From: Geosiphon pyriformis uo1
Taxonomy: Eukaryota; Fungi; Glomeromycota
NCBI GenBank assembly: GCA_016748015.1
Contig: JAAOMT010000054.1
Location: forward strand, 62,001-126,000
Reading direction: 5' to 3'
DNA length: 64,000 nt
The notes under the pieces were generated by a model. It saw only the letters and a list, made by a program, of their open reading frames with translations. It ran no database searches and had not been told where the DNA came from. The translations under genes and the position numbers were made by a program. Positions within the stretch are counted from its first letter, which is position 1. Every line of letters starts with the position of its first letter. Shown here piece by piece: positions 14,107 to 25,262 of this stretch.

Positions 14107-15557
14107 TGTTATGGTTAAAACTCATATTTTTTATTAGTTATCACATGTATTAACCACTCTATTTTTAGATAGTAATTATTGATCTGATTAATGACCTGAT
14201 TATTGACCTAATTATTGATCTAATCATTAACTTGATCATTGACTTGATCATTGACTTGATCATTGACCTAGTCATTGATCTGATTATTAACCACTTTTAA
14301 TAGTTATATAGGCAATAAATTTCTTAGCTGTAAAAAAACATGTCAGGAATTAAGGAAATAAAATAAATAAAATAACAACTTTTATCACAATTCTTTTTTT
14401 ATTACTAATTTTCCTTTTCCTACTTTTAAGTATCTGAACATCTTAGAATAAAAAATTACTTGTTGGTTATTCTCTACTTTTTTTTGAAATATGTAATTGT
14501 AACATTTGAAAATTATTGAATAAAACATAACTGAAGAATACATCTAATATTTAATATTGAATTCTAAGAATGCCAATATAAGGCATAGAATTATACCAGT
14601 GTGTGATTATTTGTTGACAGTATGGACTATCTCTTTACCTTCAGATTTCCAGTTATTTTTTGAAAAGTATAGTGACTGAGATATTTTATGAAACTGATCT
14701 CACACATTAAATTCATACTTATTCAATTTGCTCTTTGAAATTGAATTTTTTTTGATTTCTTTCATTATTCTACAATCTTGTTTTTTTTTGCTATTTGTTA
14801 GCTTGTTACTTCAATCTGTAACAGTAGTAACAGATTACCAAGCCTTGGTTTGGCTATATAATAAGAAAAAACTAAAACACAAACAAATAACTTGCTAAAT
14901 ATTTTACCTAAATAAATTTGACTATAATATACAATATTGCAATAAAGCTTATTATCAAAACACTAATGCTTTTTTTAAACTTATTATCCAGTAATAATAC
15001 AACTTTCTCAAAACAAACCAACTTAATTATTAATAACTTTTTCTTAAACAAACACAATAATTGATTTGAACAACTATTCTGCTTTAATAGAATTTTTGGG
15101 TAAAAAACAATATTTATTAAATTATAATTGACAGCAAAAAAAATATTTGTGCAAACAATCAAATTTCTATTTGATTTGTTAGAACCAACTTTACAAAAAA
15201 AATAGAAAAAATTCTAACTGCTCTTAGAAAATCATCAGATTTAAAAAAAAAGATCTTATAATCTATAACATATATATTAATCTATTAGCTAAAGACTTTA
15301 AAAAAACAAAAACAATTCAAAAAACTCTTACTTACTATTATTGGCCTACTTTGAAAAAAGACATTACTGAATATATCAAAATTTGTAATATTTGTCAAAG
15401 AAAAAAAAAACCCAATTACAAAGAAGACATTTATTTAATCTCTGTTAATTAATCATTGTTATCCAAGTAGAAAAACCAAAAAGCTATAGAAAAACATGAC
15501 AAAAAAATGTGACAAAAAAAACGTGATACAACTTGAGGTAACACAAAACAAATATAA

Positions 15558-15700
15558 GCAATAGCTAACAATAATGAGCAATAGCTAGCAATAATGAGCA
15601 ATAGCTAGTAATAATGAACAATAGCTAGCAATAACAAGCAATAGCTAGCAATAATAAGCAATAGCTAGCAATAACAAAACAATAGCTAGCAATAGTGAAG
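15558..15700 (+). repeat. Tandem ~21-bp repeat (GCAATAGCTAGCAATAAYRA) in family B LTR
   Basis: About 6-7 units here, ~3 at 17954-18015, ~4 at 24181-24258 and ~3 at 33143-33200. Confidence 0.85.
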
Positions 15701-16579
15701 CAATCAAAAGAAATTCTGTAGAACAAAAAAAATGTATAAAAACAAGTAGCTGTAGAAGTTAAAAAGACATCTAAAGAGAAAATTAGACTTTCAAAAGTTA
15801 ATTAGACTCTCAAAGTCAATTAGATTTACAGGCCATAATTATTAAATACTCCTTCTTTCAAGAATAGTTGCTATCAACCAAAATAAAATTATATTAATAA
15901 AATATCTCTTCAATTCTTTAAATCTATATTATTATTCACTATTTAATCTGCTGGCACAATAGCTCTTGATTATGGCTATTAACAGGACACTTATTTTTTA
16001 TTTTATTTTCTTTATTTCTTTATTTTTCTTTTATTTCCTTTTATTTTCTTTTATTTTCTTTATTTTTCTCTTATGGAATGGCAACATAGAAAAATTGACT
16101 GTCTGGGAATAGACTTTGTGATAGCCTGGTAAAAGAAAAAAGCTTTTCCTAGGTTTTTGGATATTAACATTATCTTGATAGTTTATCAAAAGAGCAAAAA
16201 GACAACACTAAACCCTAACAACTATGCTTGTTAGCTTGAAAAAGAAAGCTTACCATTATAAGAAGTTACAATCAGCGAAAACCAAAACTCTGTGCCTTAT
16301 AACCAAAGAACTCAACAGATAAATTTTCATTCAGAAAAGACCTTCAGAGACTAATAAACATCAATCCTGTGAAAAACATACAACCTTAGAATACTAAATT
16401 AAAGCACTAAACATTACCACCATATCCCACCAAGTTTACTCATAACATTTGGTGCTCCCTGTAAGGTTATAAATTCACAGAAACCAAGTCTTCCAGAAAT
16501 TTACAAAAGTAAAAGACCAAGAGAAAACAAGAGAAAAATTACTTAAGATTCATAAAATCCTTATTTTAGCATTTTTTTT

Positions 16580-17220
16580 GAAAAACTTGTTAAATTAAAA
16601 CTCTGATTATTCAAAATCCAATCATTAAAACCCCAAACATTTGAAACTTACCTTTGATAAACTTGAAAAACTCATTAAATTAAAATTTTGATTATTCAAA
16701 ACTCGATCATTAAAACCCAAACATTTAAAACTTATCTTTAATAAATTCATAAAACTTATTAAATTAAAACTCCAATTATTCAAGACCCAATCGTTCAAAA
16801 ACTCATTAAAATTAAAAACTCCAAAAATTATTCAAAACCTGATAATTCCAACTCTGCTATCATATAAAAAACTTACCTTCAATAAACTCATTAAATTAAA
16901 AACTCCAAAAGTTATTCAAAACCTAATAATTCCAATCCTGCTATCATATAAAGAAACTTACCTTTGATAAAACTCGTTAAACTCCGATTCTTCAAGATCT
17001 GATAGTTCAAAATCCAAACATTTAAAACCTGATAAATCCCAACTCTATTAGTGTAGAAAGAAACTTATCTTTGGTAAAACTTGTTAAAATTAAAACTCTG
17101 ACTTGATCATTCAAAACCTGAACATTCAAAACCTGATAAGTTCAACCTTACTATTGTACAAAAAAACTTATCTCAGATAAAACCCATCAAATCTCTAGAA
17201 ATTCAAAACTCCAATTATTT
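16580..17220 (+). repeat. Complex tandem repeat inside B1
   Basis: Recurring blocks aaaactcattaaattaaaactccaattattcaaaacc and aaacttacctt(t/c)gataaa. Confidence 0.75.
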
Positions 17221-17584
17221 AAAGACCTGTTGGAAGAATTCCAGAAAAAAACTACCCAGATTCATACTTATCTGTGTGAAGACTGTCTTTTTTTGTACCA
17301 AAAATCAGTGCTGAGAAAGTGTTAATATGAAAAAGACTTAGAAAAGAAAAAGAAATTTGAGAATCAGCAGTACTAAAATTGATCAACAAATCATCAAAAC
17401 TTACCTGACAGTTCCAAGTCACAATCTACTTCCACACATTATATATTTGAATTCCAAAGAAGACAAGCCAATCAATAAAAATCAGAATTGGAACTTAATC
17501 CTGATTCAAACTCCACTGATAATAACAACAATGATTCAAACTCCACCAATAATAACAACAACAATTTAACCTCTGCTTCAAACA

Positions 17585-17781
17585 CCAAACAATATATTAC
17601 ACTTTTAGATCTTACAATAGAGCAAAGATTAACTCAATTCAGTGATAATAATGAGAGCATTATGGCTGAATGTGCACATAATATGAATACAGGATTTGAA
17701 ATTAGATATCTTGAACAGACTCTTATAGTTTAAAAACACCATTTACATACCAAAATAGATTTAAAAATAGCAATAGAAATT
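17585..17781 (+). pseudogene. dut: N-terminal dUTPase fragment in B1
   Basis: IMAECAHNMNTGFEIRYLEQ…TKIDLKIAIEI aligns with C-element IIPERAHLTNTGFNLCYLED…TKIDLKIAVEI. Confidence 0.75.
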
Positions 17782-18789
17782 ATGGCAACAACATGGAGAC
17801 AAAAAAAAATAGATAATTTTGCAGGAGCTCAATTTTAAAAAGGGAAGGATAATGTTACCTGAGTAAAAAAACCAAAAAGCTATGAAAAAACATGACAAAG
17901 AAACATGACAAAAAAAATGCAGTACAACTTGAAGTAACATAAAACAAACATGAGCAATAGCTAGCAATAACAAGCAATAGCTAGCAATAATAAAACAATA
18001 GCTAGCAATAGTAAAGCAATCAAAAGCAATTCTGTAGAACAAAAAAATGTATAAAAACAAGTAGCTATAGAAGTTAAAAAGACATCCAGAGAGAAAATTA
18101 GACTTTCAGGAGTTAATTAAACTCTCAAAGTCAATTAGATTTACAGGCCATAATTATTAAATATTCTTTCTTTCAAGAATAATTGTTATCAACCGAAATG
18201 GAATTATACTAATAAAATATCTCTTCAATTCTTCAAATCCATGTTATTATCTACTACTTAACCTGCTGGCACAATAGCTCTTGATCATGGTTATTAACAG
18301 AACACTTATTTTTTATTTTATTTTCTTTATTTCTTTATTTTTCTTTTATTTTTTTTATTTTTCTCTTATGAAGCAGCAACATAGGAAAATTGACTGTCTG
18401 AGAATAGACTTTGTGATAGTCTGATAAAAGAGGGAAGCTCCCCCTAAGTTTTTGGATATTAATATTATCTTGATAACTTACCAGAAGAACGAAAAGACAA
18501 TGTTGGACCCTAATGACTGTGCTCATTAGCTTGAAAAAAAAAGCTTACCATTATAAGAAGTTGCAATTAGTGAAAACCAAAACTTTGTGTCTTATAACCA
18601 AAGAATTCAATGAGTAAATTTTCATCCAGAAAAGACCTTCAGAGACTGATAAACATCAACTCTGTGAAAAATATACAATCTTAGAATACTAAATTAAAGC
18701 ACCAAACATTATCATCATACTCCACCAAGTTTACTTGTAATATTATTTAACAGAATTGATATAAATGTTGTTAGATCTTTAATAATAAC

Positions 18790-19765
18790 TTTTTTTTTGT
18801 TTAATATATAATTATACTAGTTATTTATTAATTTTGTTTACTAAATTATAATGTTTTTATAAAGCCAGCTTATCTAATAATACAAAAATCACAAGATATG
18901 GCTAACTATAAGTAGAAAGCTCTAATTATATACTAGTACTATTTAAGTTATCTAATGTATTAAGCATATTTAATTTATATATCTTACTTATAATGCTATT
19001 ATGATTAAAACTCATACTTTTTATTAGTTATCATATGTATTAGTCACTAATGTTTAGATAGTGATTATTGACTTGGTTATTGACCATTTTCAATAGCTAT
19101 ATAAGCAATAAATCTCTTAACTGTAGAAAAACATAATCAAAATAACAAAATAAAACCCATTATTAATTACTTTCTTTTATATTGCTTATTTCCTTTTTTC
19201 TACTTTTAAGTATCTAAACATCTTGGAATAAAAGATTACTTGTTGGCATTCACATATCTTATTTTTTCTTCTTCTTGATTTGTATTATTAAAATTAGCCT
19301 AAAAAGCAATTGCTTGCTTTTGTGATTTATTGTATAAAATAATGATTAAAAAGCACAACAATACTTGTTATTGATTCTAAAAATTGCTGAATTGAGACAT
19401 AGAATAATAGCAGCAGTATTATTTTGTTAACAATCGCAGACTATTTTTCTATCTTCAAATTTCTAGAAAAGATTTGCAACAGTGATTTTTATGAGACTAA
19501 TCATGCATATTAAATTCTTATTTATTCAATTCACTTTCCTATTGTAATTCTCTCTTTGATTATTTCTATTATTCTACAATTCTGTTCTTTTTTACTATTT
19601 ATTAGCTTATTACTCCAATCTATAATAATGCTAATAAGCTTATAACTATTTTTAACAAAACTACTTATCCACTTAGCAATCTAATTAGGATCAGATTTGA
19701 TAATTGAAAGCTAAACTGTTTATAATTCTATTATTCTGTCAAAAGTGTTATTATAAACTGAGAAA

Positions 19766-19797
<32 letters not shown>

Positions 19798-20440
19798 TAT
19801 ATTATTATCATCAAATACATTTACCAAATAGATTTGTTTACACTTTTTCTTTAAGTTCATTATGTTTCTTTATAGCTTAGAAGCCATAGCACTAACAACT
19901 TTAATTTGTTTTATTATCTTAATTATACTTTTTTCATTGTTATATTTATAACAGATAAAATAAACAGCAATTTAATAACTAATACAACCAGAGAGTCAAC
20001 AGATTCAACTATAAATTTTATTAACAAAAATAGTTTATTGAAATAGAATTTTAGAAAAGCCAATCTAGATTTAACAACAGTATTTAGAACAGAAAAAACA
20101 ATAGTCAGCATAGATATTATAGCTTTAAAAAGAACACCAAATGCCAGATTTATATTAACAGTAGCAACAATAAAAAAAACCACAAAGACAGCAGCTTTGG
20201 CATAAGATTTAGCTTTAGCAAATAATAATTTAAAAACTTTGGACCACCAGCAAAGTTAAAGAAAAATTTGAGAGAAAAAAGTAATAACACTTTGCAGTCC
20301 ACAGCCAAATAATTCAAATCTTAACATTTGTAGCAGTAGCAATATTTAGGAGTTTCTTATTAGATATGGCAACCATACAAGATACCAGTTTTTAACACAG
20401 CATTGTTTAAAGATTCCAAAAAATTAGAGATAATTACTAA
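18790..20440 (-). mobile_element. Family D, 3' part with poly(A) tail, carrying a solo LTR
   Basis: T-run at 18790-18798, then sequence co-linear with 46662-47660. Confidence 0.8.
18997..19627 (+). mobile_element. Solo LTR, family A (A1 subtype)
   Basis: Perfect ATGC TSD (18993-18996 and 19628-19631); removing it restores the D sequence cataatgctaataagctt. Confidence 0.88.
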
Positions 20441-20444
20441 AGTT

Positions 20445-20919
20445 TTAATTAAACCAAACCAATTTTTTAAAGTAGATTTGGTTTAAGTTTAACATTGAAT
20501 TTTTTTAACAAGTTTAAATTTGGTTCAAGTCTAGTTTAAAGTTTATAAATTTGTTTAAGTTTGATGAAATTAAAAAAAGATATAACTTGTATTATTTGTT
20601 TATTAATCATTACTTTATTTAATTACTATAATTAGTTAAAAAGATATATAAAACTATGCATGTATAACAACTTTACTCTTCAACTTACCAAAATAAATTC
20701 ATTGTTGATATCATCTAATGTTATCAAAGATTTAAAATTCAAAATAACAGAATTTGATAACCCAAATAATTCAAATATTAATATGTTTGGTAAATGTAGT
20801 TTTCAGAATAAAATATAAAACTATTTTGATAATTTTAAATAAATAAAAGAAAAAAAAACAGCTAAATATATAGTCTTAAAATGTGTGCATAAACTATTTT
20901 CTTACAAAACTACAGACAC
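20445..20919. repeat. Possible decayed DNA-transposon end
   Basis: Clustered aaaccaaacc / ttggttcaagt motifs at 20450-20565 resemble CpG-decayed AAACCGAACC subterminal repeats. No partner end was found. Confidence 0.3.
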
Positions 20920-23148
20920 TGTTACTGAAAATTTTTGGTCTCTTTTTTTAAATGTTGTTAATGTTTGTTTACTGTTAATTTACATTTTTCTAAAAGTTAT
21001 TGAATCTCTAATAACTGAATTTATCTTCAAATTATCTCTTATAATTTGAATTGCTGGGCTTATAAGTAAAATAGTTAATTCTATACCAGTTACTTAATAT
21101 AATTATTTTATAGTAAAAGTTAATTCTTTTTTAAAAATTGCTTGTCTGGAAGCTTATTAAAAATATGTAGTTATTTTGCTGTAAAAGTCAACTTTTTTTC
21201 AAAAATTGCTTGTTTGAAAGCTTACAAAAAATATGTAGTTACTTTGCTATAAAAGTCAACTTTTTTACAAGAATCTTGTCTATAAACTATCTTAATAATT
21301 ATAACAAAAAAAATAAAAAAAAATAAAAAAAATGTAAAAAAAATAAAATTTTGTTAAAAAAATTGTTTTTGGTTCAGACATGAAGTTACTAATAGTTTAT
21401 TAAAATTAATAGCTAATTAATTTCAAAATGTTAGTTTGAGTTTTAGAAAATGTCAAGTATAAATATTAAAAAATTGGTTTTCAAAGTATTTTATTTTTTG
21501 AATTGTATTAAATAAGAATAAATCTAAAGTAAAATATATTTTCTCGAAAAAAAAAGCTTTTTTTTTATATAACTTGTTGTAGTACTAGTCTATAAACTTG
21601 AATTTTTTTTTTGCTATAATTTTAATGAATTAAAAATATATTTCAATAGACTACAAGTTATTTTGATAAATTATTAATTATTTTGGTAAATTATCTATTG
21701 TTTTTGCAAATTTTTAAATATTACATAGTTCGAAGTATTGTGTCATTTGATCATTCTAATTTTTATTGTACAAATTGGATTATTAATTAAATAGTAATAT
21801 CCAATAATTTAATTAAATAATAAGTAATAATTAAAACAATATTAATATATGCTAATTAATAATAGAAATTATAAGAGTAATTTCATGCTAATTTATTGTC
21901 TAAAATTATATTGATAATATAATCTCTTTTTTAAAACTGAGCTCTGTTAAAATTCAAGTACTCTTTGTGATATTAAGATAGTAATTCAAAATAATTAAAG
22001 TAATTTGGTCTGAAAATTATTAAAATTTCTATTCTGTAAATTTACCAATATATTAAATTTTTATTGGTTAAAGTATTGAATTTTATAATTAGTGTTTGTT
22101 AATTAAAAACCAGTTTTTTTGCATAATAGAAGTTTCTAATTAATTTTTGATATTGTTATAGTTTTTAAAATTTATTGTTTTATTATTAATTTGTTTATTG
22201 AATTGTTGAGTTGTTGATATAGATTTTAATTTTGTTTTATTTTGAAAAAACTATCAACATTGTGTGTAATTTTTTAGATTTGTGGTAAACAATGTATTTG
22301 TTATTAACAAGAAAATTAGTTTATTAGAATTGTTTTACACTAAGTTTAGAACTCTTTTTATTAAGCCATTTAAAACCAATATTATTAGTAATGATATTAA
22401 ATTAAAGTCTATTTTGAAAGTATTATTGAAAGTATTTGAAAGTTCAAATAACAGCTACTGCTTTTAATTCAGTTAAGCCATATTTGAATTCTGTTGGCTT
22501 AAGTGTTCTATTGGCATATGTAATTACTTACTTATTGCCATTATTATTTAATTATAATAAAATAATACCAAAAGTTGTATATAAATTATTAGTGGCTAAC
22601 TAAAACTTTTTACTAAAATCTGAGTAGATAAGAATTATAACTATAGTGAGTTTTTTTTTAAAAGTATTAAATACTTGTTGTTGAATTTGTGTTCATTAAT
22701 ATTTTATATTTTTGTTAATTAAATAATTGAGTGGTTTGGTGATTTCTAAAAATTTTTTAATAAATTTCTGATAATAGAAAACTAATTCTATGAATCTTCT
22801 TAGTTCTTTTTTTTTGTTAGTGTGTAGCTATACTGGTTGTTTATTAGTTATGTTCACAAAATTGTGATGTTTTTATAAAGCCAGCTTATTCAATAATACA
22901 AAAATCACAAGATGTAGCTAATCACAAGTGGTAAGCTCTAACTACATGCTAGTAATATCTTTGTTGTCTAATATATTAAACATATCTAATTTATACATCT
23001 TATCCATAATATTAACAAGCTTATAACTATTTTTAACAAGACTACTTATCCATTTAGCAGTCTAATCAAGATTGGATTTGATACTAAAGAGCTAATCTTC
23101 TCATAAATACATCATAATATCAAAGATGTCATCATAAACTAAGAAATT

Positions 23149-23174
23149 TTTATTATTATTATTATCATTATTCA

Positions 23175-23213
<39 letters not shown>

Positions 23214-23269
23214 TATTATTATTATTATTATTATTATTATCATTATTCATATTATTATTATTATTATTA
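23149..23269. repeat. (ATT)n microsatellite within the D ORF (poly-Asn/Asp tract)
   Basis: Direct observation; shorter versions at ~19770-19810 and ~59225-59265. Confidence 0.9.
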
Positions 23270-24359
23270 GAAACTGCTTTCAAGCAGACCCATTCATATT
23301 TTTTTTCAAGGTTTATTATTTTTTGCATTATGGAAGTCACAACACCAACAGCTTTAATTTGCTTAACCAATCAAGCCATATTTTTTTTTACTAATATGTT
23401 TATAACAGATAAAGTAGACAGTATTATGGGTAAACTGGATAGGATATAATAGTAACATTTGGTGCTCTAGTTTTGGGTTATCTTTCAAAGTTGTCTGCTT
23501 TTTCCACCATGTTAGTGTTATCAGTCTCTGAAGATCTATTCCTGGCTGTGAATTTATCTATTGAGTTCTTTGGTTATAAGACACAAAGTTTGTCTTTTGT
23601 TGATTGCAATGTTTTCTGTAAATGTAAACTTTTTTCTCTGTATTAATGAGCACAGTCATTAGAGTCCAGCATTGTTTTTTCACCCTTCTGGTAAGCTACC
23701 AAGATAATGTTAATATTCAAAACTTAGAAAGAACTTTCCTTTTTTACTAGGCTATCATAAAGTCTATTCCAAGACAGTCAATTTTTCTATGTTGCCATTC
23801 CAAAAAAAAAAAAAAAAAATGAAAAAAAAATGAAAAAATGAAAAAAAAAAAAAAGAATTAGTTCTTGTTAATTGCCATGATCAAGAGTGATTGGTCCAGA
23901 TCATTAAGAGTTTGAGGCGTTTATGCCAATAGCATCTGTCTTGAAACAAAAGTAGAAAATACTGATTTTAATTTCAATTAAAATCTATAAGATAAGAGAA
24001 CATGAATTGGTGAATTAGATTTGGTTTTAATAATTTATTGTATTTCAGACTATGGATATATGATAAGTATAATACAAAGTAAAAATTGATTTCTAACTAA
24101 CTGTCTGACTTTTTAACTTCTACAACTACTTGCTTTTATACATTTTTTTGGTTTTATAGGATTGCTTTCAATTGTTTCACTATTGCTAGCTATTGCTTAT
24201 TATTGCTAGCTATTGTTTATTATTGCTAGCTATTGCTCACATTTGCTAGCTATTGCTCGTGTTTGCTCTGTGTTACCTTGAGTTGTACCATGTTTTTCTT
24301 GTCACATTTCTTTGTTACATTTTTCCATAGCTTTTTGGTTTTTTTACTTGAGTAATATT

Positions 24360-25100
24360 ATCTCTTTCTTTTTAAAATTGAGCTTCTGTGAAATCATCTA
24401 TTTCAGCCAAGTTTGTGTTTTCTGTAAAGAACTTGAATGTTGTCTTCAGTATTGCTTTTTGTAGAACTTCAAATTGGGTGTTTGTCATCTGTTCTATGTT
24501 GTTAACTGTAATAGTTTTTAGAGTTTCATCTAGTAGTACTGTTAAACAGTGTTTAAATGCTGAATATAATCAGTATGTTGCTTTGTAGTATAGGTTTAAG
24601 TTGTTTTTTCTTACAAATTTTTCTACTTGTCTGTAGGCTTCTTTGTTGATTATTTGATAGTTGAAGTCTTCATATGGGCTATCTAATCTTAATTATAACC
24701 CAATTTTAAATAGCCAATAGATGAGTGGAAGTTTCTTTTTTTATTTCTTTATGTTTTTAGGTGTCTATTTTCTTGTTACTAGCTCCAGTGTTTGCCTGTT
24801 CAGACCCTCCCTTATTTCTTCAATTTTCACCCAACACAGTTCTATTTCTGTCACCTTCACCTTCTTCTTAACTGTGTTGGATCTTATCCTCATCATATTT
24901 TTTTTTCTTTCATAGGAAGAGGTTTGCTTGTAAAGGTGGGACAGCTTAGTTTTAGTTGGGCTCTTGTCCACTCTTTTCTTGCTCCTATCTCTGTATTGTA
25001 TCTCTTTTTTATCAATTGTGATTTCTATTTGAGCAGAAAATTGTTGAATTGCATCAAACAATTGTTTCGAAAGTTGTAGAATTTGATTTAAAAAGTCCAT
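24360..25100 (-). pseudogene. B2 extra ORF after integrase (unknown function)
   Basis: Begins MDFLNQILQLSKQLFDAIQQF and continues, with lesions, to the PPT. Confidence 0.55.
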
Positions 25101-25262
25101 GTTGAAAAAGATTCTATCATTTTTTCATTGTTTTCTGGGTAATATATATACTTGAATTTTCCAATTTAATTTGCCACATGTTGTCTATGTTTCGATGATA
25201 ATGATTGGTTTCAGATCTTGTGATATATTTTCTGGTCTGATTAATGAAATTTGTGTTCCTAG

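Larger units (their letters stand above)
7051..14823 (+). mobile_element. Gypsy A2, full-length but degenerate, inserted in A1 RNase H
   Basis: LTRs 7051-7800 and 14107-14823; TSD GTAA/GTAG; PBS 7807-7822; PPT ggagaagataa 14096-14106. Gag knuckle CYCCELTGHFSRD, protease LILDSG, RT YLDD (~11255), RNase H and integrase remnants. Confidence 0.92.
15457..18742 (+). mobile_element. B1: non-autonomous mini LTR retrotransposon with family B LTRs, inserted in A1 integrase
   Basis: LTRs 15457-16447 and 17853-18742; TSD TCAT/TTAT; PBS TGGTGCTCCCTGTAAGG at 16450; PPT aaaaagggaaggataa ~17837-17852. The 1.4-kb interior has no RT, RH or IN. Confidence 0.88.
2315..18789 (+). mobile_element. Gypsy A1, old and 3'-truncated; pieces 2315-7050, 14824-15456, 18743-18789; host to A2 and B1
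   Basis: 5' LTR 2315-2978 (TGTTAC…TATAACA). Degraded gag, protease, RT (YLNN for YLDD at ~6410) and RNase H. Reading FLV|VTD and QP|FDRI resumes across the inserts; integrase is cut off at a poly-T tract at ~18790. Confidence 0.85.

Noticed and set aside
15558-15700. CRISPR-like array
   Set aside because: Contiguous 21-bp tandem units with no unique spacers, inside an LTR, and no cas genes.
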